64,000 bases of DNA, from the NCBI RefSeq assembly GCF_024235695.1, contig NZ_JACKLX010000012.1; one strand, given 5' to 3'. Positions 1 through 10,717 of the stretch are shown here, piece by piece. The position numbers and the translations under genes are program-made. Below the pieces are notes generated by a model. That model made no database searches, was not told the DNA's origin, and was given only the letters and a program-made list of their open reading frames with translations. The stretch is from Accumulibacter sp. (GTDB lineage Bacteria; Pseudomonadota; Gammaproteobacteria; Burkholderiales; Rhodocyclaceae). Numbering within the stretch: the first letter of the stretch is position 1; each line of letters starts with the position of its first letter.

Positions 1-1
1 C

Positions 2-1021
2 ACCACGCCGGACTGTTGCGGATTCCCGGCCAACGGCGAGTGCCGACCGGCCGGCACTCGGCGCGCCGCTCTGGTGGCGCTGCCAGACGCGCCGGAAATC
101 CCTGGCGGAGGCAAAGCCGGCGAGTTCGGCGACACGCTCGACCGTCAGGTGGCGGTCGGCAAGCAGTTCGCGGGCGCGCGCGATGCGCAGGCGCTGCTGG
201 TAGCCGATCACGCTGATGCCGGCGTGCTCGGCGAAAAGGCGGCTGAGATGCCGTTCGCTGACGTGCGCGCGCCGGGCCAGTTCTGCGAGCGACCAGGTCC
301 GAACCGGATCCTCAGCGATTGCGTCCTGCGCGCGATGAACCGCCGGGTGCAGGTGATTGCGGTGCGCCAGCCACGGCGAGAACTGCGGGTCGTTGCCGCT
401 GCGGCGCTGATAGACGACCAGGCGGCGGGCGACCCGGGCGGCGAGTTCGCCGCCGGCGTGGCGTTCGATCAGGTACAACGCCAGATCGATGCCGGTGGTG
501 ATGCCGGCGCTGGTGAGTAGCGGACCGTCCTCGACAAAAAGCCGGTTGACCTCGACCTTCGCCAGCGGCGCAGCGGCCTGCAGCGATTCGATCAGGCTGT
601 GGTGGGTAGTGCAGCGGCGGCCGTCGAGCAGGCCGGCGGCGGCGAGCAGGAGCGCGCCGGAGCAGATGCTGGCGACCCGGCTGTCGGCGTGCAGAACGCG
701 GCGCAGCCAGGCGACCACCGCATGCGCCTCGGGTCGCTTGTAATCCTCGGTCTCGCGGGCGTTGCCGGCGACGATCACCAGGCTGTTCGGTGGCAGTTGC
801 GCCGGCAGCGGTTCGAGACCGCCGACCTCGACCGCCAGCGAAGTGGGTAGCCTGACGACCGGCGAGCAACTGTGCAGGGCAATCGCTTGCGGGCCGCCGT
901 CAGTCCCCTCGCCATTGCTTTCGCCAGCCATTTCGGCGGCCATGCGCAGCGCCTCGGCCGGACCGGCGTAGTCGAGCAGCAGCACGTTGGGGGTCAGCAC
1001 GAACCACACCGAGAGGGTCAT
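2..1021 (-). CDS. GlxA/FtrA-family transcriptional regulator (DJ-1/PfpI + AraC HTH), runs off window start
   Basis: Not in the ORF track; translated by hand from ATG at 1021: MTLSVWFVLTPNVLLLDYAGPAEAL...ASICSGALLLAAAGLLDGRRCTTH...TSAGITTGIDLAL...SERHLSRLF...VAELAGFASARDFRR; no stop before the window edge. Confidence 0.9.
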   Translation of the reverse strand, partial: MTLSVWFVLTPNVLLLDYAGPAEALRMAAEMAGESNGEGTDGGPQAIALHSCSPVVRLPTSLAVEVGGLEPLPAQLPPNSLVIVAGNARETEDYKRPEAHAVVAWLRRVLHADSRVASICSGALLLAAAGLLDGRRCTTHHSLIESLQAAAPLAKVEVNRLFVEDGPLLTSAGITTGIDLALYLIERHAGGELAARVARRLVVYQRRSGNDPQFSPWLAHRNHLHPAVHRAQDAIAEDPVRTWSLAELARRAHVSERHLSRLFAEHAGISVIGYQQRLRIARARELLADRHLTVERVAELAGFASARDFRRVWQRHQSGAPSAGRSALAVGRESATVRRG

Positions 1022-1119
1022 GGTCGCGCCTTTGTCGCGATCGGCCGACGCGCCGCGAAGCGCTTGATCGCCAGGCCGGGCAGCAGCAAGGCCAGAGCAG
1101 GGTCGCGCCGACGCATGCG

Positions 1120-1392
1120 TCAGCGCGGCGTCGCCGCGGCGACGGCTTGCCTCTTGAGTGCCTCGAGCCGCTTGCCGACGCGCTGCGACGACGCCGGATG
1201 GCGCGCCAGCTTGTCGGCCGGGCGAATCGGCCGGCGCAGCAGTTCGCCACCGCAGTTGGGGCAGCGGCCGGCCAGGCGCGTCCGCGTGCAATCGGCGCAG
1301 AAGGTGCATTCGAAGGAGCAGATCATCGCCTCCGGCGAGTCGGGCGGCAGGTCGCAATCGCAGCCTTCGCAGTTCGGGCGCAGTTCAAGCAT
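1120..1392 (-). CDS. DUF1272 family Cys-rich protein
   Basis: MLELRPNCEGCDCDLPP...ICSFECTFCADC...CPNCGGEL..RP signature; start overlaps the upstream gene stop. Confidence 0.85.
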   Translation of the reverse strand: MLELRPNCEGCDCDLPPDSPEAMICSFECTFCADCTRTRLAGRCPNCGGELLRRPIRPADKLARHPASSQRVGKRLEALKRQAVAAATPR

Positions 1393-1978
1393 TGCCCTCT
1401 CCGAGCGCCGCCAGGCAGTCGTCGACGCTGACGATGCGGGCAAAGCGCCCGGCCAGCACCAGCTCGGTGTGCGCCTTGATTTCCTCCGGCGAATAGACGC
1501 GGCCGCTGAGCGGATGCTCCATCGGGAAGGTCAGCGTCGCTTCGCTGACGAAGTCGACCTGGTAGCCGATATCCGAAGCGACCCTCGCCGTCGTCTCGCA
1601 GCATTGCTCGCTGCGGATGCCGGTAATGATCAGGCGTTCGATGCCACGTCGGCGCAGCCACAGATCGAGGCCGGTATCCGAAAAGGCGTTGTGCGTGTGC
1701 TTGAAGAAGCAGACATCGGGTGAACCGGGCAGCCAGTCGACCCCTCGCACCGCGCCCGATTCCTCCGTGAACGGTCCGGCCTGGCCGACGTGGAAGATAT
1801 GCACCACCGGCACGCCGCGCGCCCGGCAGGTCTTTTCGAGGCGCAGCAGTGCCGCCTTGAAGGCCGGCACATCGGTCTCCGACCAGAATGGCATCTGCCG
1901 GAACGATTCCTGCACGTCGATGACGATCAGCGCGGAACGTTGGCGGGGAGCCGCGTCGGGAAGATCATTGGCGGACAT
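1385..1978 (-). CDS. Isochorismatase-family cysteine hydrolase
   Basis: ALIVIDVQ, K..HNAF..T.L, GIRSEQCCETTAR motifs; GGAGG RBS before ATG 1978. Confidence 0.9.
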   Translation of the reverse strand: MSANDLPDAAPRQRSALIVIDVQESFRQMPFWSETDVPAFKAALLRLEKTCRARGVPVVHIFHVGQAGPFTEESGAVRGVDWLPGSPDVCFFKHTHNAFSDTGLDLWLRRRGIERLIITGIRSEQCCETTARVASDIGYQVDFVSEATLTFPMEHPLSGRVYSPEEIKAHTELVLAGRFARIVSVDDCLAALGEGNA

Positions 1979-2173
1979 TTCGCGACCTCCTGTCATGAAA
2001 GTGATGCTATCGTAAGCCTATCCTGTGTCGTCGACGATGCCGAATCCGGACCACGAGGGGACAAAATCGGCCGTCTTCGCTTGGCAAGACCTGCGGCCCT
2101 GCCGCCGGCTTGCGTGCGCGCTGCCGAGCTGCCGCGACACGGAATCGACGGCAACGAGAATCCGGAGCAGACG

Positions 2174-2959
2174 ATGAAACTGCAGCAATACCAGGTTGAC
2201 GCCTTCGCCAGCCGCGCATTCGAAGGCAACCCGGCGGCCGTCTGCCCGCTCGAGGGCTGGCTCGACGACGGGCTGCTGCAGGCGATCGCCGAGGAGAACA
2301 ATCTCTCGGAGACGGCGTTCTTCGTCGCCGCCGGCGATCGCTTTGACTTGCGCTGGTTCACGCCGGTGGCCGAGGTCGATCTGTGCGGGCACGCAACGCT
2401 GGCTGCGGCGCACGTGCTCTTCGAGATCATCGGCCATGCCGAGCCGGTGATCCACTTTACGACGCGCAGCGGCGCCTTGCACGTACGGCGTCAGGGGCGA
2501 CTGCTGGAGATGGATTTCCCGGCCATGCCGGCAGCGCCGTGCGCGACTCCGGCGGCTCTGCTCGCCGGCCTCGGCCGGCCACCGCTCGAGGTTCTGGCGG
2601 CCGACGACTATCTGGCGATCTTCGCCAGTGAGGCCGACATTCGCGCCCTGACGCCGGACCACGGTAGCCTGGGCCGACTCGACCTGCGCGGCGTCATCGT
2701 CAGTGCGCCGGGCGTCGCGGTCGACTTCGTCAGCCGCTTCTTTGCGCCCAAGTACGGCATTCCGGAAGACCCGGTCACCGGCTCGGCGCACTGCGTCCTG
2801 GCGCCTTACTGGGCCGGCCGCCTCGGCAAGAGGACGCTGACCGCGCGCCAGGTCTCGAAGCGCGGCGGTGACGTCGGCTGCAAGCTGCAAGGTGAGCGCG
2901 TCCTGTTGTCGGGTTCGGCGATCACCGTCATGGCCAGCGAAATGCGCTTCGCGACCTAG
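2174..2959 (+). CDS. PhzF-family isomerase/epimerase
   Basis: QVDAF...GNPAAV, NLSETAF, EVDLCGHATLA, EDPVTGSAH; start trimmed to MKLQQY (GGAG RBS). Confidence 0.92.
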   Translation: MKLQQYQVDAFASRAFEGNPAAVCPLEGWLDDGLLQAIAEENNLSETAFFVAAGDRFDLRWFTPVAEVDLCGHATLAAAHVLFEIIGHAEPVIHFTTRSGALHVRRQGRLLEMDFPAMPAAPCATPAALLAGLGRPPLEVLAADDYLAIFASEADIRALTPDHGSLGRLDLRGVIVSAPGVAVDFVSRFFAPKYGIPEDPVTGSAHCVLAPYWAGRLGKRTLTARQVSKRGGDVGCKLQGERVLLSGSAITVMASEMRFAT

Positions 2960-3004
2960 CGACGCGCCGATGCGGCATCAGGTGGCGGTGGCCAACCGCC
3001 GGAC

Positions 3005-4525
3005 TCAGCGGCGGCGCGAGCCGCCGCCGAGGATCGAGCCGAGCACGCCGCGAATGATCTCGCGACCGACTTGCGAGCCGATTGCCCGCGCCGCGCTCTT
3101 GGCCGCCGTGGTGGCAACCGAATCGCCGCCGCGCGATCGGCCACTGCCCGAACCGCCGCCGAACAGGTCGGCGAGGCCGCCCAGCCAGCCGCCGCTCGAC
3201 GCTTGCGGGGCGCTCGCCGGCGTCTGCGCGTCGGCGCCCTGGGCGGTCGCGACGGGCGCTTCCCTGAGCTTCTCGTAGGCGGACTCGCGATCGATCATCG
3301 TTTCGTAGTGTCCGTAGATCGCCGATGCCTTGATCACCGCCTGCCGCTCGTCGGCGGTCTGCGGCCCCATCCGTGAAGCCGGTGGCAGCACGAAAGCGCG
3401 TTCGACGACGTTCGGCCGCCCCTTCTCGTCGAGAAAGGAGACCAGCGCCTCGCCGACGCCGAGTTCGGTGATCGCCGTCTCGGCGTCGAAGCGCGGGTTG
3501 GCGCGCAGCGTCTGCGCCGCTGCCCTGACGGCTTTCTGGTCACGCGGCGTGAACGCGCGAAGCGCGTGCTGGACGCGGTTGCCGAGCTGGCCGAGGACGC
3601 TGTCGGGAATGTCGAGCGGGTTCTGGGTGACGAAATACACGCCGACGCCTTTCGAGCGGATCAGTCGCACCACCTGTTCGATCTTCTCCAGCAGCGCCGC
3701 CGGCGCTTCGCTGAACAGCAGGTGAGCCTCGTCGAAGAAGAACACCAGCTTGGGCTTTTCGACGTCACCGACTTCGGGCAATTGCTCGAACAGCTCGGCC
3801 AGCAGCCACAGCAGGAAGGTCGAATAGAGCCGCGGCGAAGTCATCAGCTTGTCGGCGGCGAGGATGTTGACCACGCCCTTGCCGTCATCGGTCTGCATCA
3901 GGTCGGCGATGTCAAGCATCGGCTCGCCGAAGAAGACGTCGGCGCCCTGATCGCCGAGGTTCAGCAGGCCGCGCTGGATGGCGCCGATCGAAGCCGCCGA
4001 AACGTTGCCGTAGTCGGTGGTGAAGCTCTTGGCGTTTTCGCCGACGTGTTGCAGCATCGCCCGCAGATCCTTCAGGTCGAGCAGCAACAGGCCGTGGTCA
4101 TCGGCGATCCTGAACACCAGTTGGAGGACGCCGGTCTGGGTGTCGTTGAGGTTCAGCAGCCGCGCCAGCAGCACCGGACCCATGTCCGAGATCGTCGCGC
4201 GGACAGGGTGCCCCTGTTCGCCGAAGACGTCCCAGAAAGCCACCGGGCATTTCGCCGGCACATGCGACTTGACGCCGATCGCGTCGAGCCGCGCCTGCAT
4301 CTTCGGCGAGACACTGCCGACCGCCGCCAGACCCGATAGGTCGCCCTTGACGTCGGCCATGAAGACCGGCACGCCGATCGCCGAAAAGCGTTCGGCCAGA
4401 ACCTGCAGGGTGACCGTCTTGCCGGTTCCGGTGGCGCCGGTGATCAGGCCGTGCCGGTTGGCCAGCGCCGGCAGCAGGGCCAGTTCAGTGTCTTCGTGCT
4501 TGGCGATGGCGAGCGGGTTGACCAT
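3005..4525 (-). CDS. DUF853 / YjgR HerA-like P-loop ATPase
   Basis: [51 protein letters not shown]. Confidence 0.9.
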   Translation of the reverse strand: MVNPLAIAKHEDTELALLPALANRHGLITGATGTGKTVTLQVLAERFSAIGVPVFMADVKGDLSGLAAVGSVSPKMQARLDAIGVKSHVPAKCPVAFWDVFGEQGHPVRATISDMGPVLLARLLNLNDTQTGVLQLVFRIADDHGLLLLDLKDLRAMLQHVGENAKSFTTDYGNVSAASIGAIQRGLLNLGDQGADVFFGEPMLDIADLMQTDDGKGVVNILAADKLMTSPRLYSTFLLWLLAELFEQLPEVGDVEKPKLVFFFDEAHLLFSEAPAALLEKIEQVVRLIRSKGVGVYFVTQNPLDIPDSVLGQLGNRVQHALRAFTPRDQKAVRAAAQTLRANPRFDAETAITELGVGEALVSFLDEKGRPNVVERAFVLPPASRMGPQTADERQAVIKASAIYGHYETMIDRESAYEKLREAPVATAQGADAQTPASAPQASSGGWLGGLADLFGGGSGSGRSRGGDSVATTAAKSAARAIGSQVGREIIRGVLGSILGGGSRRR

Positions 4526-4666
4526 GAGCGACTCCGGTGAGTGGTGGCGGGGGAGGGATGGCAATACGGGAAGTGCTAGAATGACGGGCTTGATTATCAA
4601 CCATTTGCGGCCAGGTTTGTTGCTTCGGCGACGCCGGCAGCACGATCGCAATCAGCAGAGGTCAGC

Positions 4667-5395
4667 ATGGCAGGACATTCCAAATGGGCCAACATCCAGC
4701 ACCGCAAGGGCCGCCAGGATGAGAAACGCAGCGCGTCCTTTTCGAAGATCGCCAAGGAAATAACCGTTTCGGCCAAGATGGGCGGCGGCGACGCGGCGTT
4801 CAACCCGCGCCTGCGCCTGGCCATCGACAAGGCCAAGAACGTCAACATGCCCAAGGACAAGATCGACAACGCGATCAAGAAGGGCACGGGCGAACTCGAG
4901 GGCGTCGATTACGTCGAGATTCGTTATGAGGGCTACGGCATCAGTGGCGCGGCGGTGATCGTCGATTGCCTGACCGACAACAAGACCCGTACCGTCGCCG
5001 ACGTCCGGCACGCGTTCAACAAGTACGGCGGCAACCTCGGCACCGACGGCTGCGTCGCCTTTCAGTTCAGGCATTGCGGGCAATTGCTGTTCGCTCCCGG
5101 GACCGACGAAGCGGCACTGATGGATGCCGCGATCGAGGCCGGCGCCGACGACGTGTTGAGCAACGACGACGGCTCGGTGGAAGTGATCACGGCGCCGAAC
5201 GACTACATGGCGGTGAAGGAAGCGCTGGCGGCCGCCGGCTTCGCCGCCGAGTATGGCGGCGTGACGATGAAGGCCGAGAACGAGACCCAGCTCACTGGCG
5301 ACGAAGCGCAGCGGATGCAGAAACTGATCGACGCGCTCGACAGCCTCGACGACGTTCAAGAGGTGTTCACCAACGTCGTCATGGACGACGAGTGA
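4667..5395 (+). CDS. yebC: YebC/PmpR-family protein
   Basis: [47 protein letters not shown]. Confidence 0.96.
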   Translation: MAGHSKWANIQHRKGRQDEKRSASFSKIAKEITVSAKMGGGDAAFNPRLRLAIDKAKNVNMPKDKIDNAIKKGTGELEGVDYVEIRYEGYGISGAAVIVDCLTDNKTRTVADVRHAFNKYGGNLGTDGCVAFQFRHCGQLLFAPGTDEAALMDAAIEAGADDVLSNDDGSVEVITAPNDYMAVKEALAAAGFAAEYGGVTMKAENETQLTGDEAQRMQKLIDALDSLDDVQEVFTNVVMDDE

Positions 5396-5486
5396 GCTGC
5401 CGGAGCGGCACGCTGTGCTCTCCGGCGACCGACGGTCTGGTGCTGAGGCCGGCCGGAGATTCCTGTAGCAAGACCTGGAGAAGCAG

Positions 5487-5756
5487 ATGAAAAAAGCTGT
5501 CGGTTGTGCCCTGCTGGCACTGCTGCCCTTGCTGGCGCAGGCCGGCGACGTGCAGATCAACGTCAATAACGTCAGGATCCAGGGCGGCGGCGTCACCGTC
5601 AATGTCGGCGACCGCGACAAGCGCGGCTACTACTGGGACGGCAAGGTCTGGCGCGATCCCGATTACTGGCACAAGTACCATGGCAACGGCCAGGGCAAGA
5701 ACAAGGGCAAGGGCTATCACTGCCCGCCGGGTCAGGCCAAGAAAGGCAACTGCTGA
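5487..5756 (+). CDS. DUF2502-family (YaaX/YpeC-like) small secreted protein
   Basis: Signal peptide; GDRDKRGYYWDG..WR motif; C-terminal HCPPGQAKKGNC. Confidence 0.75.
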   Translation: MKKAVGCALLALLPLLAQAGDVQINVNNVRIQGGGVTVNVGDRDKRGYYWDGKVWRDPDYWHKYHGNGQGKNKGKGYHCPPGQAKKGNC

Positions 5757-5833
5757 GCCGCAGGTAGCCCGCGGCATGTCGATCGCCAGGCCGACGCCGC
5801 GTTCTCGGCGGCGCCGCCTTGCGCTGCCCGGCG

Positions 5834-6733
5834 CTATTCGCTCCCGGCGGCGGGTTCAGCCGACCTGCCGGCGGGCGTCGGGTCGGCGACGGTCGTGGCA
5901 CCGGGTTCTTTCAGCGGCTTGCGCCTGGCCAGCCGCGCCTTCCAGACCTCGCCGCGAAGCTCGTTGGAGCGGCTGACGATGGTGACCAGGACGCTGGCTG
6001 TCCACGCGAAGGTGAACATCCCCGATATGGCGATGATCGGCGCCAGCATGTACCACTCGTCCGTCAGCTCCCGGTGACTGCCCAGCGTGGTGTACGACAG
6101 TGCGGCGAAGCGTGCCGCTGCCGCCCATTGCGGGATGATGCCACCATAGACCAGGGCCGCTGACCAGAGAACGATCGACATCAGGTGCAGACCGAGCATC
6201 CTGAAGACGGTGGAGCCAAGCAGCAGGTCGACGCTCCACCACGCCGGATGCTGCTGGACGCGCTGCGCGCGCTTGTCGAAATGGCCGGTCAACAGGCGCA
6301 GGCCGATGGCCTGCAGAATGACGACAGCGACCAGAACGCCGCCGCCGAAGAGGAAGTCCGGCAGCGGCAGCGCTTCGATCACCGGCAACTTCGCTTCGAC
6401 GTAGGCTTCCACCGGCGCCAGTTCGCCTGGCAGTTTGGTAACCACCGCCTGGGGGATTTCGGCAAGTTCACCGGGAGCCTTCTTGATCGCCTGCGGCAGC
6501 TCCTGCACGTCCTTCGACAGCCGCTCGATCGCTTGCGGCAGCGGCTGTCGCGACGGGTCGGCGTCGTTCGGCTGCGCCGTGGGCGCCAGCGTGCTCGCGT
6601 GATCAGCCGGCTTGGCAGCGGCTTGCGAAACCGTTGGCGGCGGCGCCTTCGCCGTTTTCTCGATGCTTGTTGTCTCGGCCACCCTGGCAACTCCCCTGCT
6701 GAAACCAACGCGCCTGAACAAATTGATGAGCAT
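5834..6733 (-). CDS. Ion-channel-like (Ion_trans_2) membrane protein with low-complexity N-terminal extension
   Basis: Hydrophobic helices around a pore-loop-like FAALSYTTLG and IAISGMFTFAWTAS; start uncertain. Confidence 0.65.
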   Translation of the reverse strand: MLINLFRRVGFSRGVARVAETTSIEKTAKAPPPTVSQAAAKPADHASTLAPTAQPNDADPSRQPLPQAIERLSKDVQELPQAIKKAPGELAEIPQAVVTKLPGELAPVEAYVEAKLPVIEALPLPDFLFGGGVLVAVVILQAIGLRLLTGHFDKRAQRVQQHPAWWSVDLLLGSTVFRMLGLHLMSIVLWSAALVYGGIIPQWAAAARFAALSYTTLGSHRELTDEWYMLAPIIAISGMFTFAWTASVLVTIVSRSNELRGEVWKARLARRKPLKEPGATTVADPTPAGRSAEPAAGSE

Positions 6734-6934
6734 GGCGGCCGCGCCCTGGTTGCGTCGCCGCTTGCCTGGTAGCGGAATCTGCGCAGCGAGGGCTGGCGCC
6801 TCTCGAGACCTCTCCGCTTCCCTCTCTGTGTATGGCAAGCAGGCTGCGAGTATACTATCTGGTGCGCGGGATTGGCGTGACTTCGGGTTGCGATCCGGGA
6901 TAGCTGGTGTCAAGACAGGGAGGCATGCCGCAAG

Positions 6935-8029
6935 GTGAAAGCGACGCTGATCGATGCCCAGGGCGTGAGCATGCGCTTGTCCGGGAAGGACCTGGCGGCC
7001 CAGTTGCCCGGGGAAGGTTTCTTCTGGCTTGACGTCGTGAACGCCAGCCGGGACGAAATCTCTTCGCTGGCCTCTGCCCTGCAGCTCGACGCCGAGTTGA
7101 GTGCCTGGTTGCCCCGCTTTGGCAAGGCGGCGCGCTTCAAGGCGAGCCCGCAATACCTGTGCATGTCGGGCTGGGCGGACGCCGGAACCCACGGTGTCGT
7201 CGAAGGACATCTCCTATATTCCCGGGCGTGGCTGATCACCGTATTCGACGGCGCCGCAACGCACCTGGACGCCGCGCGCGAGCGTTTTCGTGAGCTTGCC
7301 GGGACGATTGCCGCGCATCCCGACTACGCGCCACTGCTCGTCCTCCATGAACTGGTGACCGGTTTCTACCCACGCCTGGAGCAAGCCGACGAGCTGCTCG
7401 ACAAACTGGAGGAGCAGATCTTTCTCAAGCCGGCCGCCGCGCAAATGGTGAGCCTGGCCGATCTGCGCCGGCAGCTGTCGTCGCTGCACCGGCTACTGGT
7501 GCCGTTGCGCGACAGGGTGAGCAGCGCGGCCGCATCGATTGGCGGTGTTCCCTGCATCAGCGCCGAGGTATGGCCATCGTTCCAGAGCTTCGGCGAACGC
7601 CTGGTAGACCTCGTGGAACTGATCGATGCCTACCGTCAGCGCACCGGCGAGGCCATGGAGGGCTATCGGGCGAGCCTTTCCAACCGCCAATCCGAGCAGA
7701 TCAACCGGCTGACGATCATCTCCTGGGTGTTCCTGCCGATTACCTTCCTGACCGGCTACTTTGGCATGAACTTCAACTGGGCGATCAATGAGCTTCTTGC
7801 AACGCGGGACGCTTTCCTGCTGCTCGGCATCGGACTGCCTTTGTTGTCACTCGCGCTGACGCTGCTGTTGTTCAAGAGCCTTGGCTGGGTGGGGACGTGG
7901 CGGCGAAAGAAACTGCAGTCGGCGGCGGCGGCCGGCGTGCGTGGACTCGGGGCGGTGCCCAGGGCCACAGCAGGTCATGAAGAAGGCCGACCTGGCGCAG
8001 CCGGCAGGCCAGCGGACCGCGAGGGCTAG
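6935..8029 (+). CDS. corA: CorA-family Mg2+/divalent cation transporter
   Basis: INRLTIISWVFLPITFLTGYFGMNF (GMN signature) followed by a second TM helix. Confidence 0.88.
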   Translation: MKATLIDAQGVSMRLSGKDLAAQLPGEGFFWLDVVNASRDEISSLASALQLDAELSAWLPRFGKAARFKASPQYLCMSGWADAGTHGVVEGHLLYSRAWLITVFDGAATHLDAARERFRELAGTIAAHPDYAPLLVLHELVTGFYPRLEQADELLDKLEEQIFLKPAAAQMVSLADLRRQLSSLHRLLVPLRDRVSSAAASIGGVPCISAEVWPSFQSFGERLVDLVELIDAYRQRTGEAMEGYRASLSNRQSEQINRLTIISWVFLPITFLTGYFGMNFNWAINELLATRDAFLLLGIGLPLLSLALTLLLFKSLGWVGTWRRKKLQSAAAAGVRGLGAVPRATAGHEEGRPGAAGRPADREG

Positions 8030-8054
8030 CGCGGCGCCAGCTAGCACTTGATGG

Positions 8055-9803
8055 TCAAGCGCTCGGCGCCGGGCCACCGCCCTCGGCGGTGGCCGCCGCC
8101 GCGGGTGCGCCCGACTGATTCTCGTATTCGGCCACCACGGCATGGATCGAACCGTAGATCGCCTGTTCGCCGAGGACTTCGGTGATTCCGTAGCGGTCGA
8201 ATTGCCCGCGGACTTCCGCCGACAGGTTGGCAAATACCAGCCGGATGCCCTGCGCCCTGAGCAGCGTGCAGGTGTCGCGCAGCATCGCCGCGGCCGAGAA
8301 ATCCACGTCACCGATCGCCGCCGCTTCGACGCAGAGGCAGCGCAGGGGCGGCTGCCCTCGGGTCTTCGCCAGTTCGAGGACCTCTTCGGCAAACTGCCCG
8401 GCGTTGGCGTAGTAGAGGCTGTGGCTGAAAGAATAAACGATCAGACCGGGGGCGATCTGCTGCGGCGTGCTCAGCGCTACCGTCTGCCAACCCTTCTTCC
8501 GCTTGTCCGCGGCGATCACGGTGTTGGTGCCGCGGTAGCTTCGCCGCACGTGATCGAGCAGCGACAGGATCATTGCCAGGACGATGCCCTGTTCGACGCC
8601 AACGACGACGACCGTTGCCGCGGTTACCAGGGCAACCCAGAATTCGGCGCGCGCTTCGACGAAGATCTGGCGCATGCCCTTGACGTCGATCATTTTCACC
8701 GCCACCAGGAAAACGATCGCCGACAGCACCGCAGCCGGCAAATGTGCCAGCGGCCCGGTCAGGAAGAGCAGGACCAGCAGAACGATGACGCTGGTGGTGA
8801 TCTGCGAAATCTGGCTGCGGCCACCGCCGCCGGCGACCATCGCCGTGTTGGTCGGGCTGCCATTGACGATGAAGGTTCCCGACAGGCCGGCGCCAAGGTT
8901 GGCCATGCCCAGGCCGACCATATCGACGTTCTCGTCGAAGCGGTCCTTGTACTTGGCCGCGTAGGCGCGCGAGGTCGCGGCGCTCTGCGAGAGAATGACG
9001 ACGAAGCAGGCCAGGGCGAGTGGCGCCAGCTTCCAGATCAGCGGCCAGCTCCAGTCGACCTGTGGCAGACCGAGCGTCGGCAGGCCGCTGGGCACCGCAC
9101 CCAGCGTTTCCAGGTGAGCGTCGAGACCCAGTGCCCAACTGACGGCAATGGCGCCAATGACGGCGATCAGGCCGCCGGGGATCTTTTCCGACACCTTGTT
9201 GCCGCCGAGAATCACCGCCAGCACGGCCAGCGACGTCGTCAGCGCATAGAAGTTGGTTTGACCGATCGATTGCAGGTCGTGCACGATCTGCGAAAGCGGC
9301 TGGTTGCTGATCCGCGGCAGGCCCAGCAAGCCGGACACCTCGAGCAGCGAGACCTGCACACCGACGCCGGTGAGAAAGCCGGTAAGCACCGTGCGCGAGA
9401 GAAAATCGGCGAGAAAGCCAAGCCGCAGCACGCGCGCGGCAAACATCAAGACCGCCGCCATCAGTGCCAGCAGGCTGCACAGCGCCAGCCATTCGTTGGA
9501 CCCCCGTACGGCCATGCCGGCAAGGCCGGCGGCAACCACCGCCGCCGTTGCCGAATCGGCATTGACCGAGAGATGGCGCGACGATCCGAAGATGGCGAAC
9601 AGAAACATCGGGATGAGAATGGTGTACAGGCCGGTGATCACCGGCGTGCCGATGATCTTGGTGTAGCCCATCGTTCCCGGAATCGACAGCGCGGCGAGGG
9701 TCAGGCCGGCGATGATGTCGCGCCCGATCCCCGCCCGGTCGATCGGCAGGATGCCCTGGAAGAGCGGCAGCCGGAAGCGCTTGCCCTCGCTCGCTGTCGT
9801 CAT
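8055..9803 (-). CDS. SulP/SLC26 anion permease with STAS domain
   Basis: DIIAGLTLAAL.IP..MGY, GLY, FGSSRHL, LGFLADFLS; C-terminal STAS (LYYANA, DVDFSAA). Confidence 0.92.
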   Translation of the reverse strand: MTTASEGKRFRLPLFQGILPIDRAGIGRDIIAGLTLAALSIPGTMGYTKIIGTPVITGLYTILIPMFLFAIFGSSRHLSVNADSATAAVVAAGLAGMAVRGSNEWLALCSLLALMAAVLMFAARVLRLGFLADFLSRTVLTGFLTGVGVQVSLLEVSGLLGLPRISNQPLSQIVHDLQSIGQTNFYALTTSLAVLAVILGGNKVSEKIPGGLIAVIGAIAVSWALGLDAHLETLGAVPSGLPTLGLPQVDWSWPLIWKLAPLALACFVVILSQSAATSRAYAAKYKDRFDENVDMVGLGMANLGAGLSGTFIVNGSPTNTAMVAGGGGRSQISQITTSVIVLLVLLFLTGPLAHLPAAVLSAIVFLVAVKMIDVKGMRQIFVEARAEFWVALVTAATVVVVGVEQGIVLAMILSLLDHVRRSYRGTNTVIAADKRKKGWQTVALSTPQQIAPGLIVYSFSHSLYYANAGQFAEEVLELAKTRGQPPLRCLCVEAAAIGDVDFSAAAMLRDTCTLLRAQGIRLVFANLSAEVRGQFDRYGITEVLGEQAIYGSIHAVVAEYENQSGAPAAAATAEGGGPAPSA

Positions 9804-9838
9804 CGCAGTCCTCCGTGGCTCAGCGCCAGCGGCATGCT

Positions 9839-10693
9839 CTAGCCCTTGCCGTTCTGCTTCTCCTGCGCGGCGGCTGCCGCATGATACTTGCGGCGGACTT
9901 CTTCAAGGTCGACCCGCGTCGGCGGCAACTTGAGCTTCATGTCCTCCATCGTCTCGGCGATGATCTGCGAAGCGGCAAGGTTGCGGAACCACTTGTGATT
10001 CGCCGGGATGACGTACCACGGCGCGTGTGCCGTGCTGGTCTTCTCGAGGGCGTCTTCGTAGGCCTCGGTGTACTTCGGCCACAATTCGCGTTCCGAGTAG
10101 TCCGACTCGCTGATCTTCCAGTTGCGTGCGGGGTCGTCGAGGCGCTGCTTGAAGCGCTCGAGTTGTTCTTCGGGGCTGATGTGCAGGAAGAACTTGAGAA
10201 TCCGCGTGCCGTTCTGCGTCAGCAGCTTCTCGAAGTCGTTGATCAGGTCGAAGCGTTTCGACCACACCGCTTTCGGGACCAGTTCGTGCACCCGCACGAC
10301 CAGCACGTCCTCGTAGTACGAACGATTGAAGACGACCACCTCACCCTTGGCCGGCGTGCGCTGGTGCGCGCGCCAGAGGAAATCGTGCGCCGCTTCGCTG
10401 GCGCTCGGCTGCTTGAAGCCGAACACCGACGTTCCCTGCGGGTTCATGCCGCTGAACAGGTGACGCACGACGCCATCCTTGCCGGCGGCGTCGAGCGCCT
10501 GCAGCACGACCAGAAGCGACTGGTCGGCGTTGGCGTAAAGCAGCGCCTGTAATTCGGCCATGCGCGTGACGTACTTGCTGATCTCGGGTTGCGCTGCCTC
10601 GTTCGAGAGGTGCCCGCCGCTTTGCGAAGGGTCGATCGCGGCCAGCTTGAGCTTCTTGCCGGGGCTGACGGCGAATTGTTTGCGAAAGTCCAT
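9839..10693 (-). CDS. ppk2: Polyphosphate kinase 2 (PPK2), class III-like
   Basis: Walker A DAAGKDG, HDFLWR, FNRSYYEDVLVVRVH, KFFLHIS, RNWK, APWYVIPANHKWFRN. Confidence 0.93.
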   Translation of the reverse strand: MDFRKQFAVSPGKKLKLAAIDPSQSGGHLSNEAAQPEISKYVTRMAELQALLYANADQSLLVVLQALDAAGKDGVVRHLFSGMNPQGTSVFGFKQPSASEAAHDFLWRAHQRTPAKGEVVVFNRSYYEDVLVVRVHELVPKAVWSKRFDLINDFEKLLTQNGTRILKFFLHISPEEQLERFKQRLDDPARNWKISESDYSERELWPKYTEAYEDALEKTSTAHAPWYVIPANHKWFRNLAASQIIAETMEDMKLKLPPTRVDLEEVRRKYHAAAAAQEKQNGKG

Positions 10694-10717
10694 GATTCGT
10701 TTCTCCTTTGCTCGAGA

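Noticed and set aside
3005-4525. HerA-type defence system
   Set aside because: DUF853/YjgR is widespread and has no adjacent nuclease or Sir2 partner here
4590-4600. FNR box TTGATTATCAA between DUF853 and yebC
   Set aside because: Half-sites are separated by 1 bp rather than 4
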